A stretch of 48,001 nucleotides of DNA from an uncultured Lentimicrobiaceae bacterium (GTDB taxonomy: Bacteria > Bacteroidota > Bacteroidia > Bacteroidales > WCHB1-69): the NCBI GenBank assembly GCA_964598505.1, contig CAZRCF010000001.1:23479-71479 (forward strand), given 5' to 3'. The notes under the pieces are model-generated. The model was not told the DNA's origin. It saw nothing but the letters and a program-made list of their open reading frames with translations, and did not search any database. Every line of letters starts with the position of its first letter. The first letter of the stretch is position 1. Below, in pieces: positions 8,973 to 18,213 of the stretch. Both the position numbers and the translations under genes were made by a program.

Positions 8973-9248
8973 ATGACTATGAAATTTGATGCTTTATTGA
9001 ATGAAGTTGATCAAGATACTCTTGCGAGATTATCCGTTGCAGTGACGGCAGGTGTTATTTCTGCCGTCGCAGCAAGAAAATTATACAAGCAATATAAAGA
9101 TAATCAACTATTAAGAAAATATGGTGGAGCGCAAGAAGAAGATAAGCATCAAAGTCTTGGTAATGATCTTAGGAGTATAATTCCTGATTTAGTAGATATC
9201 AACGCTACAAGACATTTTATTGATGCTAAAAAACACATAGGTAGATAA
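8973..9248 (+). CDS. Small protein with a hydrophobic segment followed by RKLYK
   Basis: MTMKFDALLNE, then LSVAVTAGVISAVAARKLYK. Confidence 0.6.
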   Translation: MTMKFDALLNEVDQDTLARLSVAVTAGVISAVAARKLYKQYKDNQLLRKYGGAQEEDKHQSLGNDLRSIIPDLVDINATRHFIDAKKHIGR

Positions 9249-9252
9249 AACT

Positions 9253-9492
9253 ATGATAACTGTATCAAAATTATTTTTAATAGAAGAAGGAATATTTAAT
9301 TGGGCAAGAGGAAGTATAGGTAGCAGATTTAGTGGAAGTCGAGCAGCACAGATGAATCGATCTACACCAAGACCTTTAGAGACTGGTGCTGTAAAAGTAG
9401 AAAAACTTAAACAAGCACAATCTCCGATGGTAGAAGCTGCTCCGAAGAAGCCTGTTGGATTTGGTTTAAAACCATCTGGTATAACAACTTGA
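9253..9492 (+). CDS. Small basic protein with MITVSKLFLIEE leader
   Basis: The leader is followed by GIFNWARG; this is the last + strand gene before a convergent hairpin. Confidence 0.6.
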   Translation: MITVSKLFLIEEGIFNWARGSIGSRFSGSRAAQMNRSTPRPLETGAVKVEKLKQAQSPMVEAAPKKPVGFGLKPSGITT

Positions 9493-9500
9493 ATAAAAAA

Positions 9501-9542
9501 ATTCCACCGGCAAGATCTAGTTAAAGATCTTGCCGGTGGAAT
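9501..9542. terminator. Hairpin between convergent genes carrying the AGATCTTGCCG core (copy 2)
   Basis: 18-bp perfect stem ATTCCACCGGCAAGATCT / AGATCTTGCCGGTGGAAT. The A-tract at 9495-9501 gives a U-tail for the minus-strand transcript. Confidence 0.8.
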
Positions 9543-9547
9543 AGTAT

Positions 9548-10867
9548 TCAATTAATTTTTATTTGTGTTATACTTCCAAATGTTGAATCTAAGGTTGAAT
9601 AATCACCATCTTTGGTTATAATAAATACAAGCGGAAGATTGTTTTTTATCCACTCATAATTTTTGTAGCAACTTTCGATATCAGAACACATATCTGTTAA
9701 GCTTATAACCATGCTTAATTCATCTTTATCCTTGTCCCAATATTCTGTTTTAATTTCATCAAATAAGTATCTGTGAGATGTTCCACCTCGTCCTTGATAT
9801 CCAGTTTTACTTATGAAGTCATAGAAATTACCAATATTATCTTTGGTAAATTCTTGACGCTGGTGTATTTGTGTATCATGAGTGATTAATTTTATAATTT
9901 TAAAATATCTCATGCTATTTTCAATGACGCTGGAAAACTTCTTTAAACTTTTATCTGAAATTGAACCAGATGTATCTACACCGATAATTAAAGTACCTGT
10001 TCCTTCACTATCTTCAATCATTGCATATCCTGGAAGATTTATTTTATGGGGAATGAAGTATTTATTTAAACATCGCCAGGTACGTTCATCTGGTTTCATA
10101 ATTACATTTGTTTTAATTGCTTTTTCAACTAGAGTTTCCCAAGGAATTTCAACCTTTAAAATTCTATCTAAGTATGATACTAGATAGCTTGGTGAATCAC
10201 CTTTGGATTTAATATTTTCAAAAATGGCTCTAGCTTCAGCAACAATCTGATCAGTTAATGCAGCCTTAATGTTTTCATCTTCATCTAATGCAGATGAAAT
10301 ACCACCAAGGTTAGTAACAACTGTGAATAAGTAATTTCCTGCACCGTCAGTTACGTCAATTGACATTTCGCCGGTTTGATTATACTTAACAGAATTTGGA
10401 TGATTTTTAATCCAATCATATGCATATTCAACAGTGCAGTCATATCGTTGATTGTATAAGTCTTCAATTATATTATATTGATTGTTATATGGTTTAATTA
10501 TACTATCCATTTTCTTTAAGAATACTTCAATAACGTGATCGCACGCAATGTTCCATATATTAAAATCTCTATCACCTCTTCTTATTCCATGTTTATTTAG
10601 AATATGAAGAAGTTCATGACAGAGAATGAAAACCAAATTATTATAAGTATAATCAGATTTTAACAAATAGTGTTCATTAACATGGATTGCACCACTTTCT
10701 AACTTAGAAGGATCATTTAGATTAAATTTAACAAACGCTTCTATTTGTGGTGAAAGAGGTTCAATTTCCCATGCAAATTTATTAGCCATCATTCCAAAGA
10801 AGAATAGAGAATTTGTAAAAAGCTTTAATTTAGCTTTTCTAATTAATAAATCGATTGTTGTATACAT
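9548..10867 (-). CDS. DUF2201-type HExxH metallopeptidase-like plus vWA domain protein
   Basis: FILCHELLHIL...WNIACDHVI; vWA MIDAS-like IGVDTSGSIS and GRGGTSH; adjacent to an AAA ATPase. Confidence 0.85.
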   Translation of the reverse strand: MYTTIDLLIRKAKLKLFTNSLFFFGMMANKFAWEIEPLSPQIEAFVKFNLNDPSKLESGAIHVNEHYLLKSDYTYNNLVFILCHELLHILNKHGIRRGDRDFNIWNIACDHVIEVFLKKMDSIIKPYNNQYNIIEDLYNQRYDCTVEYAYDWIKNHPNSVKYNQTGEMSIDVTDGAGNYLFTVVTNLGGISSALDEDENIKAALTDQIVAEARAIFENIKSKGDSPSYLVSYLDRILKVEIPWETLVEKAIKTNVIMKPDERTWRCLNKYFIPHKINLPGYAMIEDSEGTGTLIIGVDTSGSISDKSLKKFSSVIENSMRYFKIIKLITHDTQIHQRQEFTKDNIGNFYDFISKTGYQGRGGTSHRYLFDEIKTEYWDKDKDELSMVISLTDMCSDIESCYKNYEWIKNNLPLVFIITKDGDYSTLDSTFGSITQIKIN

Positions 10868-10872
10868 ATTTA

Positions 10873-12051
10873 TTATACTCCCATATCAGAAGTGATGTCT
10901 ACGATCTCCTTTAATGTTGACCTTGTCAAATCTGGTTCGGTCTTTTGAAGTTGAGCAATAATTTTGTTGAGAATATTTTTCTTATTTGTAGCTTTTTCAA
11001 ATTGTCTTATTTCTTTAATTATCATGATTGAAAGCTCTGATGCATCTTTCATAAATAATCCAATTAAATGTGAAATATTCGGCAAGAACTTATCACGATC
11101 ACTTCTACCGATATAATTTGTTGTTAAAGCATAAGCTAATGCATAAGTTTTAACAGATTCAGTTGGAAGTTGATATTCCTTATAATTTGCAAGAATGTTA
11201 TCAATGTCAAATTCAGAATAAATTTTATAGTATGTTGCGAATTCAGAAGCTCCTTCTTTTCCAACATAACCTGAACCAAGATACAAACAAGTATCAGTTC
11301 CTATAATTTTTTTATGATATTCTTCTCTTGATTTAACTTCATTTGCAAATCTCGTCCAAGATCTAGGTGATCCCCAAGCAACATCAACTTGTTCTTCTTC
11401 ATGGAAGAATTTTTGATATTGAAGATTTCCTAAGAAAGAAATAAATGCTGGATGAACTCTAGTTTCTTCTTTGAGAGCGAAATTCATTTTCCAACCATTA
11501 AAATCTGTATAAACGGGCATTAGAACACATCTGTTAACAATAGCACTAAACATTGATTTAGCTCCAGATTTACTACTTGTATTTCCAGCCATTACCATTG
11601 CACAATTATTTGGAATTTTATAACCTCTTAATGATCGTTCAGTAAAAAGCTCATATAATAATCCCATGTGAATTGGACTTAACAAATGTGCATCATCCAA
11701 TAGCCATACAACTATGGAATCTTTTTTTTGTTCAGATACATCATATAGAACTTTCATAATATCAGGAAATGACCAAATTGTTCCAAGAACTGGTTTTCCA
11801 TTAATCATAATTGTATCAAATTGTGGAATACCACCAGTTTCTTCAATTGGTTTTAATGCAAGATGGGTCGATACTACTCCAAATTCATATTCTTTACTTA
11901 GATAATGAATACTGGCTGTTTTTCCACCACCTGGTGCGCCACATATAAATGGAATACCAACATCAATTCCTTGTGTTTGTAAATGACAGTTCCATAGAAC
12001 CTCATTAATAACTTCGTGCAGTGCTTTTGAATTTTGAGAATCGTTAAACAT
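10873..12051 (-). CDS. MoxR-type AAA+ ATPase
   Basis: Walker A GAPGGGKT, Walker B LLDDA, sensor region VMAGN, arginine finger SAIVNRC; GGAGG RBS on the minus strand. Confidence 0.85.
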   Translation of the reverse strand: MFNDSQNSKALHEVINEVLWNCHLQTQGIDVGIPFICGAPGGGKTASIHYLSKEYEFGVVSTHLALKPIEETGGIPQFDTIMINGKPVLGTIWSFPDIMKVLYDVSEQKKDSIVVWLLDDAHLLSPIHMGLLYELFTERSLRGYKIPNNCAMVMAGNTSSKSGAKSMFSAIVNRCVLMPVYTDFNGWKMNFALKEETRVHPAFISFLGNLQYQKFFHEEEQVDVAWGSPRSWTRFANEVKSREEYHKKIIGTDTCLYLGSGYVGKEGASEFATYYKIYSEFDIDNILANYKEYQLPTESVKTYALAYALTTNYIGRSDRDKFLPNISHLIGLFMKDASELSIMIIKEIRQFEKATNKKNILNKIIAQLQKTEPDLTRSTLKEIVDITSDMGV

Positions 12052-12102
12052 TTAGCCTCCTTGGATGATTGTTTAATAAATAAAAATATTTATATCTGTA
12101 TT

Positions 12103-12113
12103 ATTTCTATATA
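12103..12113 (-). promoter_or_regulatory. TATATAGAAAT motif upstream of the AAA ATPase
   Basis: Exact reverse-complement copy of the repeated intergenic motif, ~50 nt upstream of the start at 12051. Confidence 0.55.
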
Positions 12114-12150
12114 AAAATTGTGAATATTAAAAAAGTAGAGAGAAGAAAAT

Positions 12151-12516
12151 ATGAGAAAACAAACAATTTCTTTAGTAGATCATTTTTCATCCCAATCTTC
12201 AGATGTAAAAGGAATATTTAAAGAATTCGCGAAACCTATTTTAAGTAATGTTTTCTTTACGAATCTTGCCGCTCTTCGTTTAGAATCCGACTTTTATGAA
12301 TTTACAAATGATCGTTGGATGCAAAGACCTACAATTTTTTGTATGGATAACTATGATGAACCGATGTTATATCCAATAATTATGTTGGTAAACAATATTA
12401 AGACTTTTCTTGAATTTACACCAGATAGATTTGTACCAACAGTTAAGAATCAAAGAATTATTATTGCACCATATAGATCAACAATTAATAAAATATTAAG
12501 TACCTCAAATTCGTGA
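12151..12516 (+). CDS. Hypothetical protein
   Basis: 121 aa ORF with no recognised motif. Confidence 0.6.
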   Translation: MRKQTISLVDHFSSQSSDVKGIFKEFAKPILSNVFFTNLAALRLESDFYEFTNDRWMQRPTIFCMDNYDEPMLYPIIMLVNNIKTFLEFTPDRFVPTVKNQRIIIAPYRSTINKILSTSNS

Positions 12517-12526
12517 TAATTTTTTA

Positions 12527-13531
12527 GTGGAGATGATATCTATGCCAGATCTAGACAAACAATTTCAACCATCATTTTTTTCAGATACTGATGTAAATTC
12601 AATTCTGAAAGCAGATGAGCAGAAAATCCTTATGATCAAAAAAGTCGCAAAATCTGCAGATTTATATAACTCGTTTAAGGAAGATTTTAGTAATTATCTT
12701 ACTAAGATGCCGGCAAATGCAGTTAAAGAAAGTTGCAGAAATTTATTAAATAAGGACTTAATATATTTGGGAGTTGCTAAGACTAAACCAGACAATGTAG
12801 TTGTTAGACCAATGATAACAACTACTGATAAACTTGCTGGGATTATTCTAGACTCTCAACAGCTTGGAGTCGATCCAACGACTGGTATTGCTGACTCAAT
12901 TGACGAATGTATTTACGCAACGTATTTTGGACTTGTTAGATCTGTTGTTTTACTCAACAAATCTGAAATTAGACAGAATAAGGACCTTCATAAATTACTA
13001 TCTACATATTTATATTTCCTGTTTTTGAAGGTGATTGGTTCTGATAAATTATATTCCGAAAAACAAAAAGCGTTAGTTCACATGTTGTCTATTTATATTT
13101 ATTATAAACATTATCTCAAAGAAAGACATTCTTATATATTAACAATTTTACAAAGAGATTATGAAAAGTTTATCGGCAAAGAATATATTGAAGAGTTCTT
13201 GCCGGTATTAGAGAATGTACAAAATTATACATCTCTTAAAGAGTTTCCAAAAATGCTTATAGATACAAAAGTAATAAATGAATCACCAAATGTTATGATA
13301 ATGTCTCTTTTAAAAATGTTAAAACCAATGGGATTTTATTCATTGGTTGGTCCATTAGACTATTTTATTCCTCTGGTTATTACTACAAAATATCCGGTTG
13401 AATTTATAGGAGCTAAAGCACCAACAAATGATAAGATTCAAAATGCAGTAGAAGATATTATGTCAAAATATATTGATTCAATTTCATATGATTTGACAGC
13501 TGTTGGAAAATTCGAAGTTAAAAATATTTAG
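12527..13531 (+). CDS. Hypothetical helical protein
   Basis: 334 aa ORF; the true start may be ATG at 12542, after GGAG. Confidence 0.7.
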   Translation: MEMISMPDLDKQFQPSFFSDTDVNSILKADEQKILMIKKVAKSADLYNSFKEDFSNYLTKMPANAVKESCRNLLNKDLIYLGVAKTKPDNVVVRPMITTTDKLAGIILDSQQLGVDPTTGIADSIDECIYATYFGLVRSVVLLNKSEIRQNKDLHKLLSTYLYFLFLKVIGSDKLYSEKQKALVHMLSIYIYYKHYLKERHSYILTILQRDYEKFIGKEYIEEFLPVLENVQNYTSLKEFPKMLIDTKVINESPNVMIMSLLKMLKPMGFYSLVGPLDYFIPLVITTKYPVEFIGAKAPTNDKIQNAVEDIMSKYIDSISYDLTAVGKFEVKNI

Positions 13532-13561
13532 ATTCTATTCTATAAGGAGGATATTGAAATT

Positions 13562-14995
13562 ATGTCATTGTCTAATGCTTTTTATCTTGAAGTTGCTAAA
13601 GGTAATGTAACTGGTTACACCGCGAAAGAGATTATTGGTTTGAATGGGGCTGTTGCTGAAACTGAAGATGTTTGGAATCAGGGTGGTTCAATCACTCAGG
13701 TTGCTACCGCAGCAGTTTTGTATATTTCATCAACAAATGTTCTTGATGTAACTCAGTATGTTACTGTTACAGGTCTTGATGACAATTATGATGAAATTAC
13801 TGAGGTAATTGGTCCATTGACTGGTAAAGTTAGAGTTGCTGGAACTGTACCTTTTTTGAGAGTGAATAGTGCAACTATGTCTACAACACTAGGTAATGCT
13901 GGTGTTACAACTGCAGCACTGTTATATGCATCTTCATCTGATGCTGCAGATGTTGGTCAAATTGTTACAGTTACAGGTCTTAATGCGGATTCTGAAGTAA
14001 TTACTGAAACATTTACTCTGAATGGCCAAACTAAAATCACTGGAACGAAATATTTCTTGAGTGTGATCAGTGCTACAATATCTGCCGCAGCAGCGGGTAC
14101 AGTTTATGTGTATTTTACAAGTGCTATTGTAACTGGTATTCCTAGTGTTACAACTACAATACAAGCACTTATTCCTATGGCTCTTGCTGGTAAAGTATAT
14201 GTATTTTATGCGGTTGCTGTTGATGCTGGTGGTGTTCCAACCAATCTTGCTAAAGTCCAGGCTGCTATTGACATTGCTACTTTACAGGCATATAATGCAA
14301 TTTATACAGTACCAAGAAACAAAAACTTATATATGACAAGTTTGCGTTATCGATCAACAGCTGCAGCAGGAGCATTTGATGTTATTTTGTCTGTTATTAG
14401 AAAAGTTTATGGTGGATCAAATGAAACAATTAAAATATTAAAATATGTAGATCAAGCAACAACAAAATATACAGATGGTCAAATGATATTTACTGATCAA
14501 CCTGTTATATTCCCAGCTAAGTCTGAAATGAGAATTACTGCGAATCTTGCTGGTGGTACAGCTCTCAATCTTACGATTGAATCTAATTTTGTTGAAGAGG
14601 TTATAACCGCTGTTCCTAATACAGTATCAGTTATGACTAAGGTTGAATATCTCGCATATCTTGCTGCAAGTGGTCCGGCTACATTAGCTACCCAGAATTA
14701 TTGGTTGATTGGTCTTGATTCGCTTCCAAGCGTAGCACCCACGACTGTAAATCTTGATGATGTTCTGACTACGATTACTGGAGCTGCACTTATTTATACT
14801 GTTGCAGCTGACACTGAAGTTGCTTTTGATATTTCATATTTCACTAGTGGTAAATTAGTATTAACTGATAAGAAAGCAGTTGTAACTATTTTGCGTTGCG
14901 TTGATAGCACTGCCGCTGTTAAATATGTTCTTGCACCAGTTAACACTTTGTTTAGTCTTGGTAATGTTAAGAAAGTATCTTATTTGAAAGTCTAA
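13562..14995 (+). CDS. Beta-rich virion structural protein, paralog of 15025..16179, with an internal duplication
   Basis: AAGGAGG RBS; two copies of the LY.SS...VTGL....ITE...G..FL.V.SAT module; C-terminus nearly identical to the next gene (VKYVLAPVNTLFSLG.VKKVSYLKV). Confidence 0.7.
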   Translation: MSLSNAFYLEVAKGNVTGYTAKEIIGLNGAVAETEDVWNQGGSITQVATAAVLYISSTNVLDVTQYVTVTGLDDNYDEITEVIGPLTGKVRVAGTVPFLRVNSATMSTTLGNAGVTTAALLYASSSDAADVGQIVTVTGLNADSEVITETFTLNGQTKITGTKYFLSVISATISAAAAGTVYVYFTSAIVTGIPSVTTTIQALIPMALAGKVYVFYAVAVDAGGVPTNLAKVQAAIDIATLQAYNAIYTVPRNKNLYMTSLRYRSTAAAGAFDVILSVIRKVYGGSNETIKILKYVDQATTKYTDGQMIFTDQPVIFPAKSEMRITANLAGGTALNLTIESNFVEEVITAVPNTVSVMTKVEYLAYLAASGPATLATQNYWLIGLDSLPSVAPTTVNLDDVLTTITGAALIYTVAADTEVAFDISYFTSGKLVLTDKKAVVTILRCVDSTAAVKYVLAPVNTLFSLGNVKKVSYLKV

Positions 14996-15024
14996 ATTCA
15001 TAATTTATAGGAGGAATTTAAAAT

Positions 15025-16179
15025 ATGTCATTACCCATTACAGTTGTTAATGATTTTTATCTTGAAGTTACCAAAGGAAATATTGCTGGATTTGTTGCAA
15101 AAGATCTTTTGGGTATGAATGCTGCGGTTGGTGGAACTGAAGATGTTTGGAATCAGGGTGGTTCAATTACACAAGTTTCTACAGCTGCTCTTTTATATGT
15201 TTCTTCTACAGCTGCAGCAGATGCTGCATTGGCTGTTGTTATCACTGGTCTTGATGCCAATTATGATGAAATTACAGAAACTATTTTAACTGCTACGCCG
15301 GATGGACAAATTAGAGCCGCTGGTACAAAGGCATTTCTAAGAGTCAATTCTGTAACTATGGCTGTAGCTCCAGCTGGTAAAGTTTATGTATATTATGCAA
15401 CAGCAGCTGGTGTAGGAACTGGTATTCCTGCCGATGCTACTAAAATACAAGCAGCTGTTGATATTGCTGGAACTCAAGCATATAATGCTATTTATACAGT
15501 ACCAAGAAATAAAACTTGGTATATGACTGGTTTGCGTTATCGTTCAACAGGTTCTGTTGCTACACATAATGTTATCCTTTCTGTTATTAGAAAAATTTAT
15601 GGAGGATCAAACGAAACTGTTAAAACTGTGAAATATGTAGATTTAGCAACAACACTTTACACAGATGAACAGATTCAGTTTGTTGATCAGCCAGTTATAT
15701 TCCCAGCCAAATCTGATATTAGAATTGCTGCTGGTCTTTCTGGTGGTACAGCTCTTGACATTGCTATTGAAGTAAATTTTGTTGAAGAGTCCGTAGAAGT
15801 TACACCCTCAGTTGTTACTGTTATGAATAAAGCTGAATATCTTGCATATCTTGCTTTAGGTCCTACACTAGCTTCTCAGAATTATTGGTTAATTGGACTT
15901 GATGAACTTCCAGCTACACTTCCTACGACTGCAAATCTTGATGATGTTGTAGCTACGATTACTGGATTGTCAACTGGTTATACTGTTGCAGCTGACACTG
16001 AAGTTGCTTTTGATATTGCATATTTTTCAAGTGGTAAATTAGCAGTAACTGACAAGAAAGCAATACTAACGATTATGCGTTGTATTGATAATGGTGGTGT
16101 TGTTAAATATGTTCTCGCACCAGTTAATACTTTGTTTAGTTTAGGTGGTGTTAAGAAAGTGTCTTATTTGAAGGTCTAA
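15025..16179 (+). CDS. Beta-rich virion structural protein, tandem paralog
   Basis: Shares EDVWNQGGSITQV, AYNAIYTVPRNK and QNYWLIGLD with the preceding gene. Confidence 0.7.
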   Translation: MSLPITVVNDFYLEVTKGNIAGFVAKDLLGMNAAVGGTEDVWNQGGSITQVSTAALLYVSSTAAADAALAVVITGLDANYDEITETILTATPDGQIRAAGTKAFLRVNSVTMAVAPAGKVYVYYATAAGVGTGIPADATKIQAAVDIAGTQAYNAIYTVPRNKTWYMTGLRYRSTGSVATHNVILSVIRKIYGGSNETVKTVKYVDLATTLYTDEQIQFVDQPVIFPAKSDIRIAAGLSGGTALDIAIEVNFVEESVEVTPSVVTVMNKAEYLAYLALGPTLASQNYWLIGLDELPATLPTTANLDDVVATITGLSTGYTVAADTEVAFDIAYFSSGKLAVTDKKAILTIMRCIDNGGVVKYVLAPVNTLFSLGGVKKVSYLKV

Positions 16180-16185
16180 AAATCT

Positions 16186-16227
16186 ATAAAGAGGAAGTAA
16201 GGCTATTAAACCTTACTTCCTCTTTAT
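16186..16227. terminator. Intergenic perfect hairpin
   Basis: 17-bp stem ATAAAGAGGAAGTAAGG / CCTTACTTCCTCTTTAT with loop CTATTAAA. Confidence 0.65.
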
Positions 16228-16241
16228 CTTGAGAGGGAATT

Positions 16242-16673
16242 ATGATATCAATAATTAAATATTTTAATAATCCAAATTTGATTTGTGAAACAACAGAAGA
16301 TATTCCAGTAAAAGATAAAACCTTTTTAAGATGTGCTGTTACTAAATTTTTTGCAGAAAATCCAAATCCTGATGATAATGATTTTCATGCTTTGGCCGAT
16401 AAATTGAAAATATCCCCGCATGAGCTAGAAGAGGTAGGATATGAACTACTAACTGGCTTATTAAAAGGTGTGGGTAAACATAAAGAAGTTCCTGTTACTA
16501 AATTTGATTCTGAACAGATCAAGATGGGACTTGAAGTAGAAAAAGAGCATACTGATTCACCAGCTATTGCTCAACAGATTGCGAAAGATCATCTGGCAGA
16601 GATTCCAGATTATTATACAAGATTAAAGAAGATGGAAGATGAAGCTAAAAAATCAATGGGTAAGAAAGACTAA
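16242..16673 (+). CDS. DUF5661-like protein with a leader
   Basis: MISIIKYF leader; C-terminal EQIKMGLEVEKEHT...IAKDHLAEIPDYYTRLKKME, recalled as the DUF5661 viral pattern. Confidence 0.65.
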   Translation: MISIIKYFNNPNLICETTEDIPVKDKTFLRCAVTKFFAENPNPDDNDFHALADKLKISPHELEEVGYELLTGLLKGVGKHKEVPVTKFDSEQIKMGLEVEKEHTDSPAIAQQIAKDHLAEIPDYYTRLKKMEDEAKKSMGKKD

Positions 16674-16697
16674 TTATATAAGGGAGAATAAATAAAT

Positions 16698-17360
16698 ATG
16701 AAAACAGATAACGCAATTTTTGATATGATATTTGAAGATGCTTTTAAAGATATGTGTATGTATGAAGATCAAGAAACTATTATTAAGATTCTTGAAAATT
16801 ATATTAGTTGTATCGATAATAAGACTTATGACTCACAAGCAATTTCAGATTTATTTGAAACATTAGATTCTTATATTCAACATGGTATAAATATTTATTC
16901 TTCTGCAGAAGTGCTTGAGGAAGGTAGAGTTTTAGATGCAGCTAATTCAGCATTTAAATCTAAAGTAAAAGAAGGATCTAGCAAATATAATGTTAGAGAT
17001 GCTTATGGAACTTTTAAAACTTCTCTCAATGCTGCTAAAGGAATGAAGATTGGTGAAGCTAAAGATGCGGCTAAAATGGTTGGTAGTACTGCTCTTAATA
17101 TCGGCAAACAAGCAGTTGGATCTGCTGGTAAATATTTAGCGGGTGGATACAGTGCTGCTAATGCTGCTTTAAAAGAACATCTTCTTAAAAGCGATTATTT
17201 AAAGAATTTAAAAGATGCAGGTACAAATACTTTTGAAAAAAATAATCCGTATAGAGTAAAGCGTGATAAACCTGAAGAAAATGAACAAGAAGTGCCACAA
17301 GCTCTTAAAACCAATGTTACAGGTTTCCGTGGACCGAATCTTGTATTAAATAAAGCTTAG
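16698..17360 (+). CDS. Hypothetical protein; N-domain paralogous to 5746..6291
   Basis: Shared D.CxYE...ILE.Y domain followed by a K/A/G-rich helix. Confidence 0.65.
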   Translation: MKTDNAIFDMIFEDAFKDMCMYEDQETIIKILENYISCIDNKTYDSQAISDLFETLDSYIQHGINIYSSAEVLEEGRVLDAANSAFKSKVKEGSSKYNVRDAYGTFKTSLNAAKGMKIGEAKDAAKMVGSTALNIGKQAVGSAGKYLAGGYSAANAALKEHLLKSDYLKNLKDAGTNTFEKNNPYRVKRDKPEENEQEVPQALKTNVTGFRGPNLVLNKA

Positions 17361-17379
17361 ATAATAAAAGGATTTCATT

Positions 17380-17709
17380 ATGATTAATGTAAGTTATCTT
17401 TTTGAAGCTCTTGCCGATAATAAAGTTTCTAAAGTTGAGGTCTCTAAAAACTATATAATTCAGGATTTAAAAGATAGACCTCCTGAAGAAGATATTGAAG
17501 CTTATCGTCGTAAAATTACATATGATAAGGATGGCAATAAACATATAATTAATCTTGCAATTCTTAAAGGTGGTGGCACTAAAGCTACTTCTGTTTGGCA
17601 TACTAAAAAGGAAGGTTCTGCAAGATCTATGTTGAGTCGAACAAAGAAAAATGATCCAGAAAAAGTTCATATAAAAGATGATCCAGAAGATGATCATATA
17701 AAAGGATAG
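17380..17709 (+). CDS. Hypothetical protein with MINVSYLFE leader
   Basis: Leader motif; AAGGA RBS. Confidence 0.65.
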   Translation: MINVSYLFEALADNKVSKVEVSKNYIIQDLKDRPPEEDIEAYRRKITYDKDGNKHIINLAILKGGGTKATSVWHTKKEGSARSMLSRTKKNDPEKVHIKDDPEDDHIKG

Positions 17710-17711
17710 GT

Positions 17712-17855
17712 ATGATAAGCTTAAGACGTTTATTTGAAGGATTCTTAACAGGATTTGAATATGATTATAATTCTAAGACAGAACCTTCTGCTAAAAACTT
17801 TTCAATGTCTAAGTTTTATAAGAATCTTCGACTAAAAAAGGTTATTAAAAAATAG
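17712..17855 (+). CDS. 47-aa basic peptide with MISLRRLFE leader (not in ORF track)
   Basis: MISLRRLFEGFLTGFEYDYNSKTEPSAKNFSMSKFYKNLRLKKVIKK; fills the gap between its neighbours exactly. Confidence 0.6.
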   Translation: MISLRRLFEGFLTGFEYDYNSKTEPSAKNFSMSKFYKNLRLKKVIKK

Positions 17856-17864
17856 GTGAAAATT

Positions 17865-18200
17865 ATGTTTCAATATTTAAAAACATGTTGGAAACAGGTA
17901 GCTACTGTTGTTGGAGTTTTAGCTATTATAACAAGTATTATAACGTTCTATGCTACATTAGCTAAGACAGAAGATCTTAAAAAGGTTGAAGCAAAAGTAG
18001 ATGCAACATCTCAAAAAGTTAAAGAGATTGTAGTTCAACAAAATGTTTTAAAAATAAATTCAATTAGTGAACAAATGATAAAAACTAGATATTTAATGAA
18101 ATCATATCCTAATGATAAAGAAATTAAAGAAGATTATAAGACGTTACAAAAAGAAAAAGAAAAAGCACAACAAGATCTTGATGCAAGTATAAAACAATAA
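17865..18200 (+). CDS. Single N-terminal TM plus coiled-coil protein (holin/XhlA-like architecture)
   Basis: VATVVGVLAIITSIITFYATL then a coiled coil. ATG 17865 after AGGTGA is preferred over GTG 17856. Confidence 0.5.
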   Translation: MFQYLKTCWKQVATVVGVLAIITSIITFYATLAKTEDLKKVEAKVDATSQKVKEIVVQQNVLKINSISEQMIKTRYLMKSYPNDKEIKEDYKTLQKEKEKAQQDLDASIKQ

Positions 18201-18213
18201 AGGAGAACTAATA

